Notes under the pieces: model-generated
The model's input: the letters and a program-made list of their open reading frames with translations, nothing else
Database searches by the model: none
What the model was told of the DNA's origin: nothing
Program-made: the position numbers and the translations under genes
In this document: positions 26,368 through 38,276 of the stretch, one piece after another
How the letters are laid out: the number at the start of each line of letters is the position of its first letter
Numbering within the stretch: the stretch's first letter is position 1
Assembly (NCBI GenBank): GCA_023213395.1
Contig: CM041465.1
Location: 177,389,741-177,453,740, forward strand
Direction of reading: 5' to 3'
Source: Cycas panzhihuaensis
Taxonomy: Eukaryota > Plantae > Cycadophyta
DNA: 64,000 bases

Positions 26368-27951
26368 CATTGATCGATCTCACTGTGTGTAGGCAGCAAC
26401 ATTACAGCGGGCAGCAGTTGTGCAACAACAGTGCGCCCTAAATTAGAAATCAATTTTTAAAAATTCTTTCAATATATTTTTTAATATAAAGTTTTCAAAA
26501 AAATTAATTATTTTCTATATATTTTCGAATCTAGGGTTTTACAACATCTAACCTCCCCTTCATTCAGCCCCCAGTCACAAGTCACTATCATGTGACCATA
26601 ACTCATCAATAAAGGGGCTAATAAATTCTTTATTAACTATTTTCTTTTTTCTTTTTTTTCTTTTTTCAATTTTTATAGGGTTATTGGCAATTTTTACCAT
26701 AACTTCTCCTCGAAGCATCAGTTTCAGATGAAACCACTTTCATTGGGTTAGAAATTTTCTGTAGATCAATTTTGATTGATCATATGACCAATTTGGTGTT
26801 GATTTCACCCTGTTTCAGTCGATTTAAAGTTGATTAGTCATTTTTTCAACGTTTTTTAAACCTTTTATAAAATCATTTTTTGAACTGATTGTATTTTATT
26901 ATCAGGAAACTATTTTCTATACAAATTTATGCTAAAGCGGTCTACATTCAACAAACTTCATTACCCATCTTTTATTTTATTTTTAAGAATTCATTTTGAC
27001 CATTATTTTAATCACCCAAAGTGGCATTTTAGTGGTTTTTAGCATTTTTTTAAACATTTTACCATAAAGGTACATGTTACTATTTCTACTCTAACTTTTT
27101 TGTTTGACATCCAAATTCAGTTCCGTCAGTTTCGTTGGGAATCTGACTCAATTATCTTCGATCTAATATAGTTTTTTATACATTTTAATGTATTTTTATT
27201 GATTTTCAAATCACTCAAAGGAGAGGTACTTTATTACTTTAAACTTACCATATTTACACTTTTATATATATATATTTTAAAAAATTTTTAATTGAAAATA
27301 TATTGAGTAGTATTCTAAACAATATTTAATCATTTTTTAATATTTAATAAAGTTTTATTAGCATTTTTATATAATTTGGAGCCCTAGCTCCTGTTAGGCC
27401 TCAAAACAAGGTCTGTTTCCTTTGGATCATCAAAACTTGACTTATAGGAACCTAATTTCAAAATGGTTAATTTCATTGGATTCATATTTTGTTTATCTTC
27501 ATAATCGTAAAATTTCACATCATTCTAATATCATTTAGTATATTTTTTGAAGCTGTTTAACTTAAGGCTGTCTTCTAACCATTCCTTTAAAAACGTTTCT
27601 TCATACTCCTTATCTTTCAAAGTAAAATATACATATATTTTAGTTTTTTTAGCATTATACATTATTATCAAGGCTAAGGATTCATTGCATTGATAATTTA
27701 CATTTATTCATTTGAAGAAAATCTAAAAGTTAAGGTCTTATTTCAGATTTATATCGTTAAAAGAATATTGGTATATGATTTTAAAGTTACTTCTATATTC
27801 ATTATTTCCTTATTGTAGTGAGTTCATTTATTTTCAAAAGGCATTACATTTCTTTTGAAGAGTATATTTGACATCATACAAGCTTAATCACTTATTGACT
27901 TTATTTGATTTGATAAAAGTATACTTTATATATTCTAAAATTTTTTATAAC

Positions 27952-28623
27952 ATGGGATAATTACCTATATTTGATGGGCAAAATTTTTTAGAATAGCACA
28001 AGGTTGTAAAAAACTATTTTATTGCACATGATTTATGGAAATATTTGTAAGATGACTATGATGTTAGTATTAAGGAAAACATTAGAAAGGATAATGAAGC
28101 ATTATGATTATTATTTTACACTATAAATGATGATGTTTTCTGAAAGGTTTCTAAATTAACAACTTCTAAATTAGTTTGGAATGTATTGATTTCTACTTAT
28201 GGGGGAGATACCCTCCTTGTATTTGATGATATTTTTGTTGATCATGTGAGACAACTAACAGAACAGGTAGATCATGATGATAAAACCAATGAAGATTCAG
28301 ATCAAATGCAGGACCAACTTGCTACACAAGTACCTGATCCTCCATTTAAGGGGGAGAATGAAAATGAATCCTATGACATGATGGAGAATGAATCTGATAT
28401 GATAGTTATTGACAACATACATATTACAAAAGATAAAGTTCAAATTCAATTTTTTCTCAATATTCCAGTTGACAAAGTTGAAGTTGCATCTATACATACA
28501 TACTTGAATCAAGCATCATCTACTTACAATTTCTTTGTATCATTCTTTGGTAAAGAGATATATTCTGCAAGAAGGTTGAAGTATATTAATGAAGATCAGA
28601 ATTTTCAAGTACAAGTTCCATAA
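27952..28623 (+). pseudogene. Truncated Copia gag N-terminus fused to an acidic ORF (element D)
   Basis: MG*LPIFDGQNFLE*HKVVKNYFIAHDLWKY...RKDNEAL...TTSKLVWNVLISTYGGD, running in frame into ORF 28186-28623. Confidence 0.75.
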
Positions 28624-28670
28624 GTTTAAGTAAAAGATACAAGTGTTCATGATGACATTAAGGGGGAGAA

Positions 28671-29065
28671 TGCTAGAGTTAATCGTCATCACTCCACTCC
28701 CACCTTTCCAACCAAGATTGTACACCTCATCAACTTCAATTTAGACATATGATACTCAACATGTCAAGGTAAGTTTAACTTTGATTTATGTTAAGTTGAG
28801 TTAGTTTCATTTAAGTTAAGTTAACATTATTTTATTATTATTTTGAATTCAGAGGTTGAGGAGTTTCCCTCCTCCTCCAAATTATAAATATTAAGGGGTG
28901 TGCAACCTTGGTGTCTTTAGACACTGCCCTCATTTAGGAAATTTATAACTCTCTTCACTACAATGGAATGATTACAATGGATTTTCATTTTATGCTACAT
29001 TGATGTATAGCAATATTGGGCTATGTGATTCTATTCTATGTTCGGCTCTGTTCTCCTGCAAAATC
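28671..29065 (+). repeat. 3' LTR of element D (last ~12 bp deleted)
   Basis: Repeat of 23548-23952; similarity stops at tgcaaaat. Confidence 0.88.
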
Positions 29066-31814
29066 TGACCCTGTCAGTAAGCTTTGACATGCTAGATTTG
29101 GTCATACGAGTTATGGAAAACTCTAGTACCTAAGTAATAATGATATGGTTCATGGCTTACCTACACTAAAAACTATCTATGGTGTTTGTGAAGCCTGTGT
29201 AATAGGCAAACAACACATGGATACTTTCCAAAATCACACTACCTTTTGAGCAAAAGCTTCACTCGAACTTATTCATTTTGATATTTGCGGTCCATTTTGA
29301 GTTCCTTCATACTCTGAAAGTAGATATTTTGTTACATTTATTGATGACTTTTTAAGAAAATACTGGGTACGCATGTTAAAAATAAGAAGTCAAGTATTTG
29401 ACATCTTTATTGAATACAAAACCTTAGTAAAAAATCAAACAAATTCTAAAATTAAAATCTTTAGAACAGATAATGCTAAGGAATACTTAAGCAATAATTT
29501 TACTAATTATTGTAAAAAGCATGGAATATAATTTCAACATTCAGTAGCACATACTCCTTAACAAAATAATATTACTGAATGCAAAAATTATATACTTGTT
29601 GAAATGACTAGATACATGTTACACGAAAAAGATCTTAACTTAAAGCTATGGATAGAAACTATTACTAGCTCCAACTATTTATTAAATCATTTACCATACA
29701 AATCCTTACAAAATATTACGCTAGAACAAAAATGGTCTAAACGTAAACCTTCTGTTAAACACTTAAAAATCTTTGGAAGCATTGCTTAAGGATATGTTCC
29801 CAAAGAAAAACACCAAAAATTTGATCCTAAAAGTTTCAAATACATCTTCGTTGGTTACAATGAAGAAAGTAAAGCTTATAAACTTTTAAATCCAACCACA
29901 CATAAGATTTTAATAATCCATGGTGTTATATTTGATGAAGAAGACTCTTCATCAAAAACTTCTTATATGGAACTTCTAATTAAAAAATTGTTAACAAATG
30001 TTTACCTAATTGATCCTAATGATATTAAACCTAATCCTGAATCAATTGAATCCTTATATACTCAAGTTTAAAACTAGACTTTAAAAGAATTCAACACTTC
30101 TACTACACCTAGTTAGCCCACTTCACCAAAGCAATAAACTAATAAATAACTTATTTGGGCTTAGAAAACTCTTTTTGATGTTGGTTTTAATGTTGGTAAT
30201 CCTTTGGATACCAGAAGAACTCGTTCACAAAACCTTCAATCTAATTTTGCTCTAATTTCTAAAATTATAGCTAGTGATAATCCTAAAACTTTTAAGCAAT
30301 CAAGTAATAATCCTATATGGCAACAAGCCATGCAAGTTGAAATAGATACTATTAAAAAGAACTCAACTTGGGATTTAGTTGCTCTACCTCCTGAAAAGAA
30401 TGTAGTCGGTTGTAAATGGGTTTATCGAACTAAGTTTAACTCTAAAGGAGTAGTTGAGAAACACAAAGCTCGTTTAGTGGTAAAAAGTTTTTCACAAATT
30501 GATGGTATTGATTATAATCAAACCTTTGCTCGAGTAGCTAAAATGAACACTATTAAAACTATTATAGTCCTAGAAGCTAAATTTAGTTAGAAAATCCATC
30601 AGATGGATGTAAATAGTGTATCCTTAAATGATGATCTTAAAGAAGAAATCTACATGAATCAACTTCTTAGATTTGTTTATAAGCCTAACCTTGTTTGTAA
30701 ATTACGAAAATCTATCTATAGCTTAAAATAAGTTCCTCGAGCTTGGTATATAAAAATAGATGATTCTTTTATATAAAAGAGATACACTAAATGTATTAGT
30801 GATCCTAATCTTTACTTTGGACGCGAAAATAACAATATTACTATCTTAATTCTCTATGTGGATGATATAATTATCACTAGATCCTTACTCTCCAGTATTC
30901 ATCAATTAAAATCAATCTTAATGAATAAATTTGAAATGTTTGACTTAGGTCTTTTACACTATTTTCTAGGATTACAAATTTATCAAACTAATTCTGAAAT
31001 AACGATATCTTAACCTAAATATATTTTAGATCTAATCAAACGATTTAATATGGAAAATGATAAATCATCTCTAAATCCTTTATAGTCAGGTATTAAACTA
31101 TCTACTAATTGTTCTACATCACTTTGTGATCCAACAATATATCGACAACTCATAGGTAGTCTCATTTATCTAAGTCATACTCATCCTAATATATCCTATG
31201 CTATTGCCTTATGCTATAGATATATGCAAAATCCTTATGAGTCTCACTGGAAAATAACTAAACAAATTTTAAGATACCTACAAGGTACAATATACTATAG
31301 CCTAACTTATAACTCTTGTAAAAATAACCTAAAATTAATAGGTTACATAGATTCAGATTGGGTAGGAGACTCTGATGATCATAAATCTACTGCCGGTTAT
31401 ATTTTCTTTTTAGACTCTTCACCAATTACTTGGTCCAGTAAAAAGATGTAAGCTTTAGCTTTATCCACAGCTGAAGCTGAATATCGAGCTCTTGTTGAAG
31501 CTAGAAAAGAATCACTTTAGATAAAATCTCTTTTAAATGAACTTGGTCTATTTTCTAACTCACCCATTGAACTTAATGTTGATAATTAAGGAGCCATATC
31601 TATTGCTACTAATCTAATTACTTATTCAAGGATAAAACATATAGAATTATATCAACATTTTATATGTAACCTTATAAATGATGAAACTATTCACTTGTCT
31701 TATTATCTTACAGATATATAAATTACAAATATACTTATAAAGCTATTGACTGAAGTAAAGTTTTTAAAGCTTAGAGATCTGTTGAAGATAAAAGAAGTCT
31801 TCATCAAAGGAGGA

Positions 31815-32262
31815 TGTTAAATAATATCTAATGTTCTCTTTTAATATTACTTTATGTAACTTTATTATTGTAATAATAATTGAAAAGAGTATTTATCTTT
31901 TTAATGAACCTCTCTACCTATTTATTCTCCTAGATTCTAGGAAGAAAAAAAAGAATGAAGAACAAAATATAATATTTTGGTCAATACTGCATGGAGATGA
32001 TTATGAGGTTGTAGACATGGTTAACTATGTACATTCTTAATTTTAGAGAGAGAGGATGAGATCCTACTCTATCTATAATATATAATCTATTTATTTATTA
32101 ATATATTTATATTTTGAGGTGGTTTTTTAAATCTCCATTAGGGGGTTTTTTCACCTATCTAATATCTATAAGCATTTGTATGATTATTACTTTTCTTATA
32201 AATTATATAAAGCAAATTACTTATTCTGTTAACAATTAATTAAATATTCCCTCTCTCCATCA
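31815..32262 (+). repeat. 3' LTR of Copia C
   Basis: Repeat of 19920-20368, followed by TSD atgat. Confidence 0.92.
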
Positions 32263-35200
32263 ATGATGATTCTTTTACCCTTAGAATCATATAGTTTATA
32301 AGATCTTGATGTATCACTATATCCTATAAATATTCACTTAGTGATTTTATCATTTAACTTAGTCCTTCTTTATTTTAGAACATATGCATATACTATGCAT
32401 ATAAGAACTCTTAAGTATTTGATACTTGGCTTATGACTTATCTAAGCCTCTTCAGGTGTGACCCATCTACCTAACTTTGTTGTGTATTTGTTCAACAAGT
32501 AAATAATTGTATGAATATCTTTCGCTAAGATTCTTATCCTTTAGCATAATGTTAGCCCTCTCAATAGTAATGATTAGTGGGTTGTTCTATTTGCAATAGT
32601 TTTTATATTTATTTGAAATGAATTCTCCCCCATTAGATGATTTAAGGGTTAATATTTTATGGCCACCTTATTTTTTAATTATTACTTTGAAATCAATAAA
32701 GCATTGAAGTTCATCTAACTTAAATTTGAGAAAATAAACCCAAGTTATTCTTGTGATGTCATTAATAAAAGTTATGAAGTAGTTTGCTCCTCCAAGTGAT
32801 GACACATTCATTTGTTCACAAAGATCTGTGTACGCTAGTTGAAGAAACCTATTTGCTTTATAGTTTTCATTAGGGAATCCTTATCTTTGTTGCTAGTTTA
32901 GTGTAGATCCATTCCATACTTCTTTTCCATGTTTAATGTTAGGTAGACCAACTACCATTTCCATTTTTTTCATTAATGCTAAGTTATTACAATTCACATA
33001 GCTAAATCTTTTATGCCATGTCTCATTATCCATATTAAATGATGCCTTAGAGGCATAGTATTCATTTAGGGGTATGGTCAACTTAAATAGTTTATCACTT
33101 GTCATTTGACCCTTAGTAACTATGACTTTATTCTTTAACTTGTCCTTAATTATGCACTCATCATTGTCAAAGATAATTTTATACTTTTGCTCCATTACTT
33201 GTCTAACTAATAACAAGTTCTTCTTGGGTGTAAGGACATTAGGTATATCATTGATGCACTTAGTCTCTCCAAAGTCTATTTAGATGGTTATATTTTCTTT
33301 ACCTATTATGGCTTAAGTAGTATTATCCTTAAATATGATTTTATTTATTTGAGTATTTCTAACTTTTTAAATCATTCTTTCCTATGTGTTATATGAGTAG
33401 AGTAACCTAAATCAATATACTAACTATCCTCCTTTTAATTGGCCATAAGACTTGATAGGAAAAGTCTTTCACTCTTCCTTAGTTATTCAACTATTATATT
33501 TATTATCCCTCTTTGAATGTTATACCTTATTATGAAACAATTATTTTCTAAGTATCAATTTCTATGACAATAAGAACAATGTATTGTTCCTCTTCCTCTA
33601 CCTCTAAGAATCCTTCCTCTTTGTCCTTATTTCCTTCCTCTTGGACATTGTCCTCTACCTCTTCTTTGTGGTTCAAACCTTGTCCTTGACCTTGATTAAA
33701 TTGGCTTTGATAGATTTATCTTTGTATTTGACTTTGTCCTTGATAGAATTGACCTAGATTTTGATAAAATTGACTTTATCTTTGATGAAATTGCCTTTGG
33801 TTTTTAAACTTTTATCCTATTTCTTTAAGAATTTGATCTCTTTCTCTAAAACTTTGGCCTTCATAGGATGGCTTGATTTTTACCTTAGTGAAAAATACAT
33901 ATTCTAATGACTTACTACCACCTTTCTTCTATTCAATATCTAATAACATAGTACTAAGATAATTAATCTTGAGTTTTGTAAGATCTTTGGAAACCTTAAT
34001 GCTTGTAGCTACAAATTCAAACCTCTTGATGCCACTAATACACCTTAATTTTTTTTCTACCATCCTTTGTTTACTAGTAACTTCTCCTAATGCCTTCATT
34101 TGATTAACTAGGCCTTATAATTTATTTATAAATTCATTAATCTCCTCATTATTATTTATCTTATAATTTTAAAATCTAGTCCTTAATGTTTAAAGTTTTG
34201 ATATAATTGCTCCTTCATAGGTGGTCGTCAAAGCATCTCATGCCTCTTTTGATGTAGTTACCTTACTAATTCTTGGGAAGATGTGGTCCTCTAAAGTACA
34301 AAGGATGAATGCCAAGGCTTCATTGTCCCTCTTTTCATTCTCCTTAAACATCTTCTTCTTATTTGTAGTAGTGTTATGATCAAGTGTACCATATCCATTT
34401 TCAATTAAATACCACATCTTTTTATAAGCCAAATTGTCCCTAATCAACTTTGGTACATGCACAAGTGTTCTAATTAGTACTGAACCTCCTCCAAGATAAA
34501 GATTTTGTATTAGATTGTGATTATAAAGTGAAGTTTTTTCTAAGTTTATTTAAAGGGTTAACTTGTAGAAAGTCCACAAACTTGCATCAACTTTGAACAT
34601 TAAAATAATATATCAAATGATTTAAAACATATTAAATGACCTTTCACTTTATAGAGAATTAAAATATAAATCCAATGCTTTAAAGAAAACTTAATTTTGA
34701 CACTTTATGGTAAAATAATGGCTTAAATAATATAAGGAGGTCAATTTTAATAAGTAACCCTAAGTACATAAATTGTAACAAAAAACTTACATCAACTTTA
34801 TCTCCTTAAATGGACTACTAAACACAAACCCAATATAGTCATATGACCATTTGTTTTATTTGAGTGAAAATAAAGATCACTCTACAGTTGATAGATCTTA
34901 AAATGCGCCCCACAAGTGACAATTATACTCATTGAAGTAGTCACAAGTACTTAAACTAAGGTAAGCTTCTTAAAATGCAGTTTATCCCTTTTAAAAAAGT
35001 GGTCTTCTAGTCACTTGGATGTTATATATGACCTAGAAATCTGAATATCAAGGGGGCTACAAGCTAATAAAACCTAGCAAAATATAGAAAATGATTAATT
35101 TTTTTAAGCGATTAGTATTAAATCACTTAAAACTATTAGCATCAATATTAAATAATTAGTATCACCTTTCATTGAATTCTAGAAATAGTTATTAGATTTA

Positions 35201-38200
35201 AACATAGCAATAAGAAATATATGTCATCCTCTGAATATGTATTGTGAAGAAATTGACAGATAGATACAAAGATCTTCATTTGTATGCTTCAAATAAATGT
35301 AAAGATATAATAGACAAACTTGACTCATAGACTCCATAGTTGCCTGATCAATAAAGTTGATGCATGATAGGGTCGTAACCAATAATTGTAAACCTCCTTG
35401 GGTGGAGCTAAAAGGAAAGGGTTAACACATTACTAAATAATTATAAACTCTAAGTATCAATACACCCTTAAATATATGCACTGCCAAGGTAGACTTGGAT
35501 GTAGGCTTAAATTAATATTGAATACTAAATAGATGTGTTATTGAATGCCCAAACACATACAAGTAGAAATGCAATGATGGCCAATCATGCAAATATATAT
35601 AGTCATGAAAGTGTGTATCCATGGACTATATATGCTAAAAAAATAATCGTGTATCATGTCACTCCCTCTACAAGTAGAGATACATAGAAAGACACATAGG
35701 GGTAAAGGCAATATAAGTGACTAAGATGGTGATATACTATGTACTTCATGCTTAAAACAGAGATTCATAAGAGACGTGATGATGTTTGGATTTAAACAAT
35801 GTTACGTAAGAGATGTAACAAAGTTTACATTCAAACATAACTGATGAGGATATGTGAATTAATAGGTTAGGCCAGTGTGTTACTAGGGCATGACCATCTT
35901 CATACATAAGAAAAATACAATGCAAAAGTATATATATTCCACTTGATGCCCCACATACATGGCTAAAAAGAAAATTACATGCAGTGAATAGGATATTCCT
36001 TTGTGTACATGGTTTTATCAGTGCCAACAAGATTAGTTCTAAAATGGTCCTACCCCTTGCTTATACGGGAATGCAAATAGTTTTAAATAAGCTCTATGGC
36101 TGTAAATTGCCTCATGGGTAAAGAAAACTAACATGCCTCTTGGGCTTTACATCATGCCACCATAGGCTTTCACCATGCCTCTATGGGAAAAATAACTACT
36201 AATAATATTAATACATGACTTAAAAGATTGACGTGACTCAAATATTACATGAATGACTCTCTCTCATATAATGAAGCTTAAAATGAAACTCAATGGGTTC
36301 TCTAGAGCCAAAAAATTAGTCTTTAGTATATGTTATCCCCTTTATTTGGGGTACATCATATCATGGATCCTTGAAAATACATAAATGTGCCTGACGAAGC
36401 TAAAAAGAATGAAGAAAAATATAAACTTTTAACTTTGAGATAAAATTTCTATATAAAATTAGCTTTAAATAGTATCAAATGACCTACCAAAAGAAATATC
36501 TCTCTGTTACTAATCCAATGCAATAGATATGACTAAGAAAGGAGCCTCCTAACTCAAGTTATGGAAAAAAGAGTGATAAGGACTCCATAAAATCTGAAAA
36601 TCAAGGGTTAAGCCCCTTTAGTTAGTAGTGATTGGTCATGTAGTACCTCCATATGACTAGGTGCTAAGTGGCAAGGGGGCTAATAGACTCAAAATATTTA
36701 TCCAATTTAATTTAATTTGCACTTTTAAATGAAACAAAATATAATCCCTTTCTAATAAAAGATTGACATCTGATTATAATAATAATATTCGTAAAAAATT
36801 AAAATCTTTGATAAAATAGATTAACCCTATTACAGTTCTGCCATATTGCTTAATTCAATTGCCATTTCTCTACATTGCCATTACGTTTCTCCATTGTTAA
36901 ATTTTCCTATGACTGCCATAAATGGAGATGTAGGTCCATGTGCTATGATTGACTTGCTGCCATAAATGGAGATTACAGGTCTCAAATATGTACAAGTCTA
37001 CCCTTTGATTATCTATAAGGGGTCAGTATAAGGGGTTATATATCATTATAAGATTGCTTAGCATTATACTATCATACCATCAAAATCTCTCTCATAGGAG
37101 TTTCATGCTTCCCAAATGGCTAGAGAACCTTTTTGCCTATTATGGTATACTCACGTTGTAGTGTGAGCACACATCACTATCATCATTATGATTTGTGATT
37201 CCCATCACCTATCTTAAATCTTACATCCCAGAATTAAAATAAATTTTTCATACCATGGGGTAAGTTTACTACTAAAAGGATACCTAGAAATATGTTGTAT
37301 GAGGATGAGGATTTTAGGGTTTACAAGCAAAGGTTTTGAAAAAACATGGTAAAAGCAAATGTTGGTGAGAATGCAATAACAACATGGTGTAGAAACCAAG
37401 AACTGACTGACAAATGAAAATAACTGAGACGTTGCTAAGTTCATGGCAAGGATACAAGGTGGCCTTTAAATAATATCATAGACACAGATTTCATATAGGA
37501 ATACCACAAAGTTGGGCAACATGCTAGATGAAAAAATCACATGTATGCTCTAGAACTATCATATTAGCAACAATCTACATGGCATGATATACTCCTAATG
37601 TGGGAATATTGATTAGTTTGAGTAGAGCCTCATTTAAAACATTGATCAAAATGTAGGTACTTCTTTACAGCATCATAGAAGTTCATGTAACCACTATAAG
37701 ACAGATACCTCATAGAATCCTATATGAAAGATCTCATAATGTGATAGTAATTAGGGACTATGGCAGAAAATCCCCCTTGTTGTCCTTAAAACATGATCCT
37801 CAACTATGTAGAAGCCAACAATACCATCAATAACAACCACACAGATTGAAGAATCTGAAAGTTCATTATACACTAGACTGCAACAAGAAACTTGGAAACA
37901 AACTCACACCCCACACCCTCCCCCAAATTTTTTATAGATAAAAATATAGGCCAAAGTTAAAGGCCATAAATACAATTTTGATTTTTTTCAATATAGTAAG
38001 TAACACGGAAAGTTACATATCATTAGAAATATATTTGACTTTATTCATCTATAAATCTATAAACCCTTTCGAAATGGAGTCACTCCTATCTTTCAGATAG
38101 TAAGAAGGGACTCTCCCAACTATTGTTAATGATCTTATTGCAATTTATTCATAGACATACAAAGGAGATAGTTATATAGAAATTGGAATCTGGATAAAGT

Positions 38201-38276
38201 AATTCTTGTGGACTTCACCATGAAGAATCTACAAGCAATATTATTTTGGTGCCACATGCATATAAAATTGTTCACT

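Larger units (their letters stand above)
23548..29065 (+). mobile_element. Non-autonomous Copia-type LTR element D with host cargo and truncated gag
   Basis: LTRs 23548-23964 and 28671-~29065 (end deleted); PBS tagtatcagagc 23967-23978; PPT aagggggagaa 28660-28670; no pol. Inserted just before the LWHARFGH motif of C. Confidence 0.9.
19920..32262 (+). mobile_element. Ty1/Copia element C, full-length and decayed; contains D
   Basis: LTRs 19920-20368 and 31815-32262; perfect TSD atgat; PBS tggtatcatagc 20369-20380; PPT aaaggagga. Gag from ~22110, protease WILDSGASHHM, integrase, RT (30204-30590) and RNase H (31224-31451). Confidence 0.93.
18001..34500 (-). mobile_element. Ty1/Copia element E, decayed and split by C; boundaries approximate
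   Basis: PPT-like rc ggaggagaa near 18121; RNase H/RT 18150-19700 (ORFs 18679-18903, 19488-19682). Integrase KRIIMSRDVIFNE is contiguous across C. Pre-integrase WHKRF 32893-33216 and gag 34238-34462. The 5' LTR was not located. Confidence 0.8.

Noticed and set aside
25315-26370. Functional ftsH gene, or bacterial/organellar transfer
   Set aside because: Has internal stops, permuted domain order and no protease domain, and lies inside an LTR element. The motifs ([22 protein letters not shown]) are those of nuclear plant FtsH7/9.
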